Part shown: piece by piece, positions 19,858 through 29,758 of the stretch
Layout: each line of letters starts with the position of its first letter
Position numbering within the stretch: the stretch's first letter is position 1
Source of the DNA: an uncultured Flavobacteriales bacterium
GTDB lineage: Bacteria; Bacteroidota; Bacteroidia; Flavobacteriales; UBA7430
Length of the DNA stretch: 64,000 bases
Direction: 5' to 3'
Assembly (NCBI GenBank): GCA_943789355.1
Contig: CALSTU010000002.1
Location: forward strand, 135,854 to 199,853
Notes under the pieces: generated by a model
Told to the model about the DNA's origin: nothing
Databases searched by the model: none
What the model saw: only the letters and a program-made list of their open reading frames with translations
Translations under genes and position numbers: made by a program

Positions 19858-20379
19858 TTAATAATTATCTCTCAATTCCTTTTTCAACAAGCTCAAAGCT
19901 TCATCAATCATCCACTTATTTTCCTCGAGAGCACCTTGTATAATTAACTTTCCTAAATCTGTTGCATCAGAATGAGGAGACACCGATGTTACCTTTTCAT
20001 TAATCACACCAAGCAATTGATTTTTAGCGTCATTAATTAAACTCCAAGCTTCATCGGAAACATACACTTGCTGTGACATGTTGTGATCATATTCACTACG
20101 AATGGTTTGTAAAAGAGCTGCATGAAGCGACATAGACTTCATGTTTACTTGCTGAACCCTAGGGATTAAATTAACGGGCTTCATGCGCTCTAAAAAAAGA
20201 GCTAACCTTTCGTATGCCTGCATTCTAAGGGAAATAACCTCCTTCGATATGGACTTTTTGTATTCAAAAACACGACGTGAATGGTCGTGATTTAGAACTT
20301 TTTTGAGCATGTATACTGCGATCAGTAAGACCAATACAGCTGGCAAAACAAAACCTAGTTGAGAAAAGACATTATCCAT
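19858..20379 (-). CDS. hypothetical N-terminally membrane-anchored helical protein
   Basis: 173 aa. ATG start, one TM segment (LGFVLPAVLVLLIAVYML) followed by predicted helices. Lies 76 nt downstream of the M43 protease gene on the same strand. Confidence 0.55.
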   Translation of the reverse strand: MDNVFSQLGFVLPAVLVLLIAVYMLKKVLNHDHSRRVFEYKKSISKEVISLRMQAYERLALFLERMKPVNLIPRVQQVNMKSMSLHAALLQTIRSEYDHNMSQQVYVSDEAWSLINDAKNQLLGVINEKVTSVSPHSDATDLGKLIIQGALEENKWMIDEALSLLKKELRDNY

Positions 20380-20455
20380 AGAAATAGTTTTAGCTAAAAT
20401 AAAAAATTAGAACTCAAAAATGGAGTACGTAAAAAGTGAGTAAATCAGTAGAAAG

Positions 20456-22522
20456 TTATCGTTGTACCACGAATCGAAGAACCTTTTTAACATCTTTAGA
20501 TTTTACAAAAACAAAATATACTCCTTGATTCAAAGATTCAACAGAAAACTTTAATTCTGAATGATTTCGTGCATCCCATTGTTTCTCCATAAATACCTGC
20601 CCTAAAATGTTCACTACAGAAACTTCATAATGATTATTCAATTTGTTACCCAAACGAATATTTATCTCTGTATACGTGGGATTTGGATACAACAGTAATT
20701 TTAAATCTGGAGTATCTTCATAAATTCCAACATCAGTATTTACCGCCAATTCAAATTTAAAATCATCGATATAATAGTGTACTTGTGTCAAAGAATCTAC
20801 TTCATCATTGAAAACAATACTACTTAATCTTGTTGGTATATTATGACGATCTATGGACCAATTTGCTTGTTCCTGATCATCAATAGTCAAAACCACAAGA
20901 TCTCGATCCATATCTATGAGTTGAACTAAATTAAACCACTGATTTTGTGGGAAATCAAAAGAAATATTTTCCTCACCAACCTTTATGTAACCCTGACCAT
21001 TTGTATGGAACTGCAGCTGGTAAGCAGATTCAGGGTCCGAACAATCAGCGTCGTGATAAACAGTATAGGCAGCACTTCTCCCTGACGGAACATACAACTG
21101 AAAAGACAAATCAAAAGCATTCTCAACCAAAGATCCGAGATTTCTGGAAAATTGGTTGGAACCGTCTGACCCATTAATCTCCAAGAACTGACTTCCTTCG
21201 GGTGCGTTTTGAGTGTGAATATTTGCAGCAAAAGAATCGGTACAGTATGCTTTCCAAGAATTTGACTGCAAGTACAAAAGAGAGTCTGTCTGGTAACTTT
21301 CAAAGTCATCTGAATCGTATAAGTTACCGTAATAGGAAATATTAAAACTCAAATTCAACTCACGTTCTAAAGAATCTAGAATCGTAACTGAATAATCACC
21401 TGTTGAGAGATTTGTCAAACTATCTATATTTGAACCCGTATCCCAAGCTATTGAGTAAGGCGGTATACCAGATGCGATATTTAAATAAATTGCTCCATCA
21501 TCAATTAGCTCAGAACTGGTATGTTTTACTTGTGGCTCTGCAATTAAGTCAGGTATACCACAGCCGTTAGACTGTAACAATGATTTACGGTTCGAATAGT
21601 AATTCAGTGCAAAATGCATTCTCTCAACTTGACCTTTGCTAAACATCACCATCACAGAGTCATTCACATACTCCATATAATTCATAAACATATCTACAGT
21701 CTCACATGAAACTTGTGGATGTTCGGGTATTTCGTAATAGGCTTTCTCAGACACAGGCGTGTCGTCAACACCATCATCAAGTTCACAACTACCACTACCA
21801 ACTCCCCATGGATGATTTAAGTTTAAATAATGACCGATTTCATGAACAGCTGTCTTTCCCATTCCGTATTTAGGGTGATCATTAACTCCAAAATATTTAT
21901 AGGAGATAACAAGACCATGCTCATTAGATGAAATGTTTTTTGACGGTGCATGCGAGTAACCTAACACACTAGTTGTTATTTTAGCAACCCAAATATTTAA
22001 ATACGAATTGGTATCCCACGCGTCAACCCCACCTTCAGCAGTGTGTTTTACATTATCTAAAGCAGTAGAAAAAGAACTAACTTCTGTGGAATTACGTGTG
22101 ATACCAATGGATGCATAACCTTGAGGATCTACGGTAGCTAGGCAGAATTCAATCGATGGGTTCCCTATCTCCGAGTTGAAATAGTCAGGCGTTTGAATGA
22201 TGTCATTGTTTGTAGCATTGTAAGACTCATTAAGAATCTCAATTTGACGATAAATTTCTTCATCAGTAATAACCATATCGGTTTGAGATTCATTTTTCAC
22301 TACATGAACAACCACAGGAATGGTATATGTTGAATTAGCTGCCCTTGATTTTTGGTTCTTGAATCTTTGGAAAGCTTCTTCATTCTGTTGAACGATTTTT
22401 TGAAAATCAACAGATTTTAATTGTTCTGTATATACAGAATCAAAATGACAGCGTGGTGTATGATTCTGAGCTTGAACCAGTATGGGCAAACAAAAAAGAA
22501 ACGCCAGTTGGAAGTATCGCAT
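20456..22522 (-). CDS. secreted M43 (pappalysin/cytophagalysin-type) zinc metalloprotease with T9SS C-terminal sorting domain
   Basis: 688 aa. Signal peptide, HEIGHYLNLNHPWG zinc motif. C-terminus LLYPNPTYTEINI...GVYFVFVKSKDVKKVLRFVVQR is a type-A T9SS CTD pattern. Confidence 0.85.
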   Translation of the reverse strand: MRYFQLAFLFCLPILVQAQNHTPRCHFDSVYTEQLKSVDFQKIVQQNEEAFQRFKNQKSRAANSTYTIPVVVHVVKNESQTDMVITDEEIYRQIEILNESYNATNNDIIQTPDYFNSEIGNPSIEFCLATVDPQGYASIGITRNSTEVSSFSTALDNVKHTAEGGVDAWDTNSYLNIWVAKITTSVLGYSHAPSKNISSNEHGLVISYKYFGVNDHPKYGMGKTAVHEIGHYLNLNHPWGVGSGSCELDDGVDDTPVSEKAYYEIPEHPQVSCETVDMFMNYMEYVNDSVMVMFSKGQVERMHFALNYYSNRKSLLQSNGCGIPDLIAEPQVKHTSSELIDDGAIYLNIASGIPPYSIAWDTGSNIDSLTNLSTGDYSVTILDSLERELNLSFNISYYGNLYDSDDFESYQTDSLLYLQSNSWKAYCTDSFAANIHTQNAPEGSQFLEINGSDGSNQFSRNLGSLVENAFDLSFQLYVPSGRSAAYTVYHDADCSDPESAYQLQFHTNGQGYIKVGEENISFDFPQNQWFNLVQLIDMDRDLVVLTIDDQEQANWSIDRHNIPTRLSSIVFNDEVDSLTQVHYYIDDFKFELAVNTDVGIYEDTPDLKLLLYPNPTYTEINIRLGNKLNNHYEVSVVNILGQVFMEKQWDARNHSELKFSVESLNQGVYFVFVKSKDVKKVLRFVVQR

Positions 22523-22735
22523 ACAATATAGAAATTACAATGAGTAAAAATACAATTTATTTCATCTTAAAAGTTAAATACTAAATCTAAGAAAGCATGG
22601 AATTGAAAACTCTATGGAATTGAAATATATCGAGTTATTTTTCATCATAGAGTATTTAATATAAGGTCAATCCAAATGTGAATATCATCGTGAATAAAAG
22701 CTCGCTTTCATAAGATTTGTCAAAGGCATTTTAAT

Positions 22736-22743
22736 TACATTTG
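22736..22743 (+). promoter_or_regulatory. candidate -7 promoter box (TAnnTTTG) for ftsK
   Basis: TACATTTG lies 16 nt upstream of ATG 22759. It overlaps the TTG at 22741 used as the start in the track, which argues for the ATG start. Confidence 0.3.
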
Positions 22744-22758
22744 GATTTATTCAGACAC

Positions 22759-25113
22759 ATGGTAAGAAAGAAAAAAAATAAGTATCCTCAATTTGGATTA
22801 AACACTGACGATAAGACAACCCAAGTCGTACTCGGTTTATTCTTTCTATGCCTATCGCTCATATTTGTCCTTGCATTCATCTCCTTTCTTTTCAATTGGA
22901 AAAATGATTTTGACATCCTGCAACTAAGTATAGGCTCTATTTTGCTTGATTCAAATATTAAGGTAAGCAATGCATTGGGTAATATTGGAGCTGCACTGGG
23001 TCAATTCTTCATTTACAAACATATTGGTGTCGCCTCATTTTTAATTCCATTTTACTTGTTTGTAACGGGACTACAGACCTTCACAAATCAGTACATTATT
23101 AATTTAAAACGCCTCTTTAAAAATACTCTTTTTATGGGGCTTTGGTCAATGGTGTTTTTTGGTTTATTTTTCAGTGAAACAAGTATCTTATCTGGTTATT
23201 CAGGGACCATCATTTCTTTGTATTTAACTCGACTCATTGGTACTACAGGAGCAAGTTTAATTCTAAGTTTTTCCATGTTTATATTCTTGGGTCTCTATTA
23301 CAAATGGACGCCTGAAAAAATTCAAGAATTCTTCAAAAGGAAGGAAAAGCTTACAAACGATTTGGGTACACAAACAATTATTGAGGAAGATATACAGGAG
23401 CCCTTAACAAGCTCCTTAACAGACTCAGCCAATGATAACGATTTAGGTGAGGTTGAAAGCAACGTCCAAGAAATGTCCATAGAAATGCCGGAACAAAAAG
23501 AAACTTCGGAAACCGTTCACGAAGAAGTTGAAATGGACGTTGAAGTTAAAGACGAAGAAGTGCTTTCCGACAAAGAAGTCAACAAAGCTTTGGAAGAATT
23601 TGGAGAATACGATCCGAAATTAGACTTAGGTCGTTATAAGCATCCAACCATAGACTTAATGATTGAATACCCCAATTCTCAAGTTACAGTTGACAAAGAG
23701 GAGTTGGAAGCCAATAAAAATCAAATTGTTGAAACGCTCAACAACTATAAAATTGAAATTTCGAAGATAAAGGCTACGGTTGGCCCAACAGTAACCCTTT
23801 ATGAAATCGTTCCTGCACCTGGAGTTCGTATTTCCAAGATTAAAGGCTTAGAAAATGATATTGCCTTGAGTTTAGCTGCTCTAGGAATTCGAATCATAGC
23901 ACCTCTTCCAGGAAAAGGTACCATTGGGATAGAAGTCCCAAACAGCAAGCCTAGTATTGTATCTATGAAGTCCATATTGGCCTCTGAAAAATTCCAACAT
24001 GCCGACTACGAACTGCCCATAGGATTGGGTAAAACCATATCAAATGAAACCTTCGTAGCCGATTTAGCCAAAATGCCCCACCTACTCATGGCAGGAGCCA
24101 CAGGCCAGGGAAAATCGGTAGGTTTAAATGCTATTTTGGCTTCGCTACTTTACAAAAAACACCCCTCACAGCTTAAGTTTGTGTTGGTTGATCCTAAAAA
24201 AGTAGAATTAACCCTTTACAATAAGATTGAGCGACATTTCCTCGCGAAACTTCCCGACTCTGAAGAGGCCATCATAACAGACACCACCAAAGTTGTAAAT
24301 ACGGTAAATTCCCTGTGTATTGAAATGGATGCTCGATATGATCTGCTCAAAAAAGCTCAGGTTCGTAACATCAAAGAATACAATCACAAATTCATAAACC
24401 GTAAACTGAATCCTGAAAATGGACATCGTTATTTGCCATATATCGTTCTGGTAATTGATGAATTTGCCGACCTGATCATGACGGCAGGCAAAGAAATTGA
24501 AACCCCAATTGCACGTTTAGCTCAGCTAGCTAGAGCCATAGGTATTCACCTGATTGTAGCCACGCAAAGACCTACAACCAACATCATTACGGGAACCATT
24601 AAAGCCAACTTCCCTGCTCGTATTGCGTTTCGGGTAACCTCCGTGATTGATTCGAGAACAATTATGGATGCGGCTGGAGCAAACCAATTGATCGGTCGAG
24701 GTGACATGCTAATTTCCGATGGGAACGAAATGACTCGTTTGCAGTGTGCTTTTATAGACACTCCAGAAGTCGAAAAATTAACGGATTTCATCGGTTCACA
24801 ACAAGGATATCCTATAGCATTTGAACTTCCCGAATATGTCGGTGAAGAAGCCAAAGCAATAGGTACTATAGATCTTAACGATCGTGACTCCTTGTTTAGA
24901 GATGCTGCATCTGTCATTGTTATGCACCAACAAGGGTCAGCATCATTACTTCAACGAAAACTTAAATTGGGATACAACAGAGCAGGAAGAATCATCGATC
25001 AACTCGAAGCTGCAGGCATCATTGGTCCTTTTGAAGGAAGTAAAGCTCGACAAGTACTCATTCCTGATGAATATAGCCTTGAGCAACTTCTGAACGCTGA
25101 AACAGAGGACTAA
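22759..25113 (+). CDS. ftsK: DNA translocase FtsK
   Basis: N-terminal TM helices, acidic linker, Walker A GATGQGKSV, Walker B VIDEFADL, and a C-terminal winged-helix gamma domain (SLLQRKLKLGYNRAGRIIDQLE). Confidence 0.95.
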   Translation: MVRKKKNKYPQFGLNTDDKTTQVVLGLFFLCLSLIFVLAFISFLFNWKNDFDILQLSIGSILLDSNIKVSNALGNIGAALGQFFIYKHIGVASFLIPFYLFVTGLQTFTNQYIINLKRLFKNTLFMGLWSMVFFGLFFSETSILSGYSGTIISLYLTRLIGTTGASLILSFSMFIFLGLYYKWTPEKIQEFFKRKEKLTNDLGTQTIIEEDIQEPLTSSLTDSANDNDLGEVESNVQEMSIEMPEQKETSETVHEEVEMDVEVKDEEVLSDKEVNKALEEFGEYDPKLDLGRYKHPTIDLMIEYPNSQVTVDKEELEANKNQIVETLNNYKIEISKIKATVGPTVTLYEIVPAPGVRISKIKGLENDIALSLAALGIRIIAPLPGKGTIGIEVPNSKPSIVSMKSILASEKFQHADYELPIGLGKTISNETFVADLAKMPHLLMAGATGQGKSVGLNAILASLLYKKHPSQLKFVLVDPKKVELTLYNKIERHFLAKLPDSEEAIITDTTKVVNTVNSLCIEMDARYDLLKKAQVRNIKEYNHKFINRKLNPENGHRYLPYIVLVIDEFADLIMTAGKEIETPIARLAQLARAIGIHLIVATQRPTTNIITGTIKANFPARIAFRVTSVIDSRTIMDAAGANQLIGRGDMLISDGNEMTRLQCAFIDTPEVEKLTDFIGSQQGYPIAFELPEYVGEEAKAIGTIDLNDRDSLFRDAASVIVMHQQGSASLLQRKLKLGYNRAGRIIDQLEAAGIIGPFEGSKARQVLIPDEYSLEQLLNAETED

Positions 25114-25187
25114 TACAAAGTCTTCTGGCATTGCTATGATCTTATATATTTTTACTTTATTCAATCATCAAAGGTAAACACAACTTC

Positions 25188-25826
25188 ATGAAAAACATAT
25201 TCTTACTCTTTGCCCTGATCCCTCTGGGATTTAATTCTATTGCACAAAACATCAGTAACACAACAGCAAAGGCAATCCTTGATGAGGTAAGTGCAGCAAC
25301 AAATGCTCTTGAAGCAATTCACATAAACTTTGATTTTACACTAAGCAACTCTAACGAAAACATAAGTGAATCCTCTCCCGGATCATTAATCGTTAAAAAT
25401 GAGCAATACTTACTCACATTCATGGGGATTCGTCAAGTGAGCAATGGTGAAACCATTTGGACCGTTATGGAAGAAGATGAAGAAATTCAAATTTCAGAAA
25501 TTGACCTTGATGATGAAGAGGCGCTTACACCATCAAATCTCCTAAAAATGTACGAGAGTGGATTTACTTATGACCTCGGAGATCAAACGGGGAACCTACA
25601 AGTTATCCATCTGCTTCCTGAATATAGAGATGAAGTTGATTATGAGAAAATCGAACTCATTATAGATACAGGAGCAAAACAAATTAAAAATATCACACAA
25701 ATTGGCGAAAACGGAACAAACTCAGAATATACCATACACACCTTTTCCCCACTAATCATTCAAGACTCAGCTTTCATACTTAATGACAAGGATTTTTCTG
25801 GATACGACATCATTGATTTACGATAA
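25188..25826 (+). CDS. LolA-like outer-membrane lipoprotein carrier protein
   Basis: 212 aa. Signal peptide. The size and the position directly after ftsK match the conserved ftsK-lolA arrangement. The family call rests mainly on context. Confidence 0.5.
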   Translation: MKNIFLLFALIPLGFNSIAQNISNTTAKAILDEVSAATNALEAIHINFDFTLSNSNENISESSPGSLIVKNEQYLLTFMGIRQVSNGETIWTVMEEDEEIQISEIDLDDEEALTPSNLLKMYESGFTYDLGDQTGNLQVIHLLPEYRDEVDYEKIELIIDTGAKQIKNITQIGENGTNSEYTIHTFSPLIIQDSAFILNDKDFSGYDIIDLR

Positions 25827-25871
25827 ATCATACCTTCGATAATTAGCTCTCGTTTACTTTCTTTACTGCAA

Positions 25872-26726
25872 CTAAAGTTGTTTTTGCAAGAGATACATCA
25901 CTCCCATAAGAATACACATACCTTCCACCCCAAGAGTGACATATCTTTCTTTAGAATTCGGATGACTTTTATAAACCAAAAAGGCAGAAACCTCGTAGGT
26001 AAAATAAACAACAATACCAGACCAAAAATCAATACTATTCTCAAAAAAGCATCGATAAGCAAGTATCAATTCCGCGACTAATAATGCCGAAATACCAATT
26101 CTCCGAGCTCCCACAGGACCAAATAATTGAGGTAAAGTTCTCAGACTCATTTTATCAAAATGTAAATCTCGAATATCAAAGGGTATAGTTATTGCAAAGA
26201 CGAATAAAAAACGTTCCAGCAAGGCTAAAGAATCAACTTTGTCAATGGATAAAATTGAGGGCAAACCTTCGGTAACAAAAGCCCAAGTCATTGCTATTAA
26301 AAATATTTTTAAACAGGGGACATCTCTAAGTCTAACCCAATGTCCAAATGAAGTTTTGTAAACAGGTAAAACATAGGTCACAGAGACTATGGACATAGGC
26401 AGTAAATAGACCCAAATACTCCTGTACAGAGATGTGAAAAAGTAACAAGCTATAAAGCCTGAAACAATACTCAAAGCCCATAAAAGTTCTCGATATCTAA
26501 AAATGATTTTATGTCGATTAGAATCCCCCTCCATGACCATTGGATGAACACGAACCAAACGAATGAAATTATAAATGAAAAGCGTTGAGAAAAAAACAAA
26601 ACCCAACAAATCATCACATCTAAGTTGCCTAATATCAAGACTTACCCATGTTAATACAAGGACTCCAAAAGACACGTAAATGTTGCTTGAAACTAATAAA
26701 TCTAAGGCTTTAAAGACAAATTTCAT
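25872..26726 (-). CDS. UbiA-like polytopic membrane protein (possible prenyltransferase with degenerate first Asp-rich motif)
   Basis: About 8 TM helices. FDIRDLHFD fits the second UbiA motif D-x2-D-x3-D. The expected N..D...D after TM2 is YNFIRLVR. ATG 26726 is preferred over the TTG at 26735. Confidence 0.4.
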   Translation of the reverse strand: MKFVFKALDLLVSSNIYVSFGVLVLTWVSLDIRQLRCDDLLGFVFFSTLFIYNFIRLVRVHPMVMEGDSNRHKIIFRYRELLWALSIVSGFIACYFFTSLYRSIWVYLLPMSIVSVTYVLPVYKTSFGHWVRLRDVPCLKIFLIAMTWAFVTEGLPSILSIDKVDSLALLERFLFVFAITIPFDIRDLHFDKMSLRTLPQLFGPVGARRIGISALLVAELILAYRCFFENSIDFWSGIVVYFTYEVSAFLVYKSHPNSKERYVTLGVEGMCILMGVMYLLQKQL

Positions 26727-26822
26727 ACTGTTCAAAAGTACTTATATTTTCGTCGATAGTAATCGATTACAGCAATCATAATTTCGTAATTTTAACGCAT
26801 CAAACTACATCGTAACTAAAGA

Positions 26823-29708
26823 ATGAATACAAACTCATTTGCACTTCGCCACATCGGTCCCAGAGAAGAAGATGCCAAAGAAATGTTGGCAACCATTGGA
26901 CTCAACACCATGGAGGAATTAATCAAGAAAACAATTCCTTCAAACATCAGACTTTCGAATGACTTGGATTTAAATGAGGCTATGAGTGAACAAGAGTTTC
27001 TTGGTCACATCAAAAACATATCCAGTAAAAACAAAACTTTTAAAACGTACATTGGATTGGGGTACCATCCTACAGTACTCCCAAGTGTAATCCAGAGAAA
27101 CATCCTTGAAAACCCAGGGTGGTATACGGCCTATACACCGTATCAACCAGAAATTTCTCAGGGAAGACTTGAAGCTCTATTGAACTTTCAAACTATGGTC
27201 ATTGACCTAACGGGAATGGAGATTGCAAATGCTTCCCTTCTGGATGAGGCAACTGCCGCATCAGAAGCAATGATTATGTTTTACAACGGCAGATCTCGTA
27301 AGAAGAAAAAATCAGATGCAAAACAATTTTTCGTTTCTGAGGATTGCTTACCTCAAACCATAAGTCTCCTAGAAACTCGTGCAGAACCTTTAGGTATTGA
27401 ACTCATTTTGGGCAATCACCGTAACTATGTATGTAACGACAAGACTTTCGGGGTATTACTACAATACCCTGCAGCAACGGGCGAAGTTTACAACTACAAA
27501 AAGATTGCAAATCAAGCACATGAAGCGGACGCTTTCGTTGCTGTAGCTGCTGACTTGTTGTCGTTAAGTTTGATAGAAGCTCCAGGATCCTGGGGAGCAG
27601 ATGTTGTTGTCGGTTCCACGCAACGATTTGGAATCCCCATGGGATACGGAGGGCCTCATGCTGCTTATTTTGCAACAAAAGAGTCTTTCAAGAGAAATGT
27701 ACCCGGACGTATGATTGGACTTTCCAGAGACGCAAACAATGAGCCTGCCTTGCGAATGGCTCTTCAAACGCGAGAGCAACACATAAAAAGAGAAAAAGCA
27801 ACCTCAAACATTTGTACCGCTCAAGTACTTTTAGCGATTATGGCCGGAATGTATGCTGTATTTCATGGACCAAAAGGTATCACACATATTGCAAGACGAA
27901 TTCACAATCAAGCCAACGCACTCAATAAAGCGCTCAAGAACATCGGTTACACTCAAAAAAATGAGTGTTATTTCGACACTCTTTTGATTGACCTACATGA
28001 AGTAAGTGCTGAGAATGTTAACAAAATTGCCCTTGATGCAGAGATCAACTTCCTGTACATAGATGAAAATACGATAAGCATCAGCATCAATGAAACAACA
28101 ACTCTAGACGACCTTAATGACATTCTAAGTGTTCTTGCCTTTGCAAAAGCAAAAGACTTTGATAGAATAACGGACATACACGATTCATCACCAATCTCAG
28201 AGAGACAAGAAAGAAAAACAGATTTTATGCAACATAAAATCTTCAACACTTACCATTCTGAAACTGAAATGATGCGTTACATCAAAAAACTAGAACGCAA
28301 AGACTTATCATTAACCCATTCTATGATTGCGCTGGGTTCGTGTACAATGAAACTCAATGCAGCTTCTGAAATGCTACCACTCAATGAAAGTAACTTCAGT
28401 GCTCTTCATCCATTTATCCCTATAGATCAGGCAGAAGGTTATCAAGAAATTTTCAAAGCGCTTGAAAAAGATCTTTGTGAAATAACCGGCTTCGCGGGGA
28501 TGTCTTTACAACCAAATTCAGGTGCACAGGGAGAATATGCAGGCTTAATGGTGATACGAGCTTATCATCGATCTAGAGGAGATTTCCAAAGAAATATAAC
28601 ACTTATACCCTCTTCTGCACACGGAACAAACCCCGCATCTGCAGTCATGGCAGGAATGAACGTTGTTGTCGTAAAATGCGACGAGATGGGTAACATTGAC
28701 CTCAATGATTTAAAAGAAAAGTCTGAAACTCATGCACATGAACTTTCAGCACTAATGATTACCTACCCCTCTACACACGGCGTCTTCGAGAAGTCCATAA
28801 AAGAAATCACCAACATCATTCATGAAAATGGCGGACAAGTCTATATGGATGGTGCAAATATGAATGCTCAAGTTGGGCTCACATCTCCAGGAGAAATAGG
28901 GGCTGATGTATGTCATCTCAATCTACACAAAACCTTTGCGATACCTCACGGTGGCGGGGGGCCAGGAATGGGACCTATCGGCGTGGCAAAGCAATTGGTT
29001 GAGTTTCTTCCAGGACATCCAGTCATTGAATGTGGTGGTGAAAAGAGCATCTCAGCAATTTCAGCTGCTCCCTGGGGGTCTGCATTAATATTATTAATAT
29101 CATACGGTTACATCAAAATGCTTGGCGCATCAGGGCTTAAAAAGGCTACAGAATATGCCATACTGAATGCAAACTACATGAAAGTTAAATTAGAGAAAGA
29201 CTACAAAATTCTCTACAGCGGAGAGAATGGCTGCGTCGCTCATGAAATGATTCTTGAATGTAGAGATTTAAAAGCACTAAGTGGAATTGATGTTACAGAT
29301 ATAGCAAAGCGACTGATGGATTACGGTTATCATGCTCCTACAGTATCATTTCCAGTAGTAGGAACCTTAATGATAGAACCTACCGAGAGTGAAAGTAAAG
29401 AAGAAATAGATCGATTTTGTGAAGCCTTAATAAGCATCAAATCCGAAATCAATCAAGTTATAGATGGCGATTTTGACGCGGAAGACAACCTTCTTAAAAA
29501 TGCTCCACATACATTAAGTGAGAGTACAAGTGATCATTGGAAATACACCTATACTCGACAGCAAGCAGCATTTCCGTTAACTTGGGTTAGTGAAAATAAA
29601 TTTTGGCCGGCTGTAAAAAAAATCGATCAGGCATACGGAGACCGAAATCTAATATGCTCATGTCCTGACGTAAACAGCTATGAAAAAAGCACTTATGAGA
29701 TGTCGTAA
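26823..29708 (+). CDS. gcvP: glycine dehydrogenase (decarboxylating), glycine cleavage P protein
   Basis: 961 aa. FALRHIGP N-terminus and PLP-lysine region HLNLHKTFAIPHGGGGPG. Confidence 0.95.
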   Translation: MNTNSFALRHIGPREEDAKEMLATIGLNTMEELIKKTIPSNIRLSNDLDLNEAMSEQEFLGHIKNISSKNKTFKTYIGLGYHPTVLPSVIQRNILENPGWYTAYTPYQPEISQGRLEALLNFQTMVIDLTGMEIANASLLDEATAASEAMIMFYNGRSRKKKKSDAKQFFVSEDCLPQTISLLETRAEPLGIELILGNHRNYVCNDKTFGVLLQYPAATGEVYNYKKIANQAHEADAFVAVAADLLSLSLIEAPGSWGADVVVGSTQRFGIPMGYGGPHAAYFATKESFKRNVPGRMIGLSRDANNEPALRMALQTREQHIKREKATSNICTAQVLLAIMAGMYAVFHGPKGITHIARRIHNQANALNKALKNIGYTQKNECYFDTLLIDLHEVSAENVNKIALDAEINFLYIDENTISISINETTTLDDLNDILSVLAFAKAKDFDRITDIHDSSPISERQERKTDFMQHKIFNTYHSETEMMRYIKKLERKDLSLTHSMIALGSCTMKLNAASEMLPLNESNFSALHPFIPIDQAEGYQEIFKALEKDLCEITGFAGMSLQPNSGAQGEYAGLMVIRAYHRSRGDFQRNITLIPSSAHGTNPASAVMAGMNVVVVKCDEMGNIDLNDLKEKSETHAHELSALMITYPSTHGVFEKSIKEITNIIHENGGQVYMDGANMNAQVGLTSPGEIGADVCHLNLHKTFAIPHGGGGPGMGPIGVAKQLVEFLPGHPVIECGGEKSISAISAAPWGSALILLISYGYIKMLGASGLKKATEYAILNANYMKVKLEKDYKILYSGENGCVAHEMILECRDLKALSGIDVTDIAKRLMDYGYHAPTVSFPVVGTLMIEPTESESKEEIDRFCEALISIKSEINQVIDGDFDAEDNLLKNAPHTLSESTSDHWKYTYTRQQAAFPLTWVSENKFWPAVKKIDQAYGDRNLICSCPDVNSYEKSTYEMS

Positions 29709-29758
29709 TTATTAAAAACGGTATCTTGTAAGACATTGAACAAAATTGAACCGCCCCC

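Noticed and set aside
24546-24917. A 123-aa minus-strand ORF inside ftsK, and several 60-100 aa ORFs antisense within gcvP, mutB, the TonB receptor and other large genes.
   Set aside because: All lie fully inside strongly supported genes on the opposite strand and lack recognisable motifs or signals. They are expected by chance in long ORFs.
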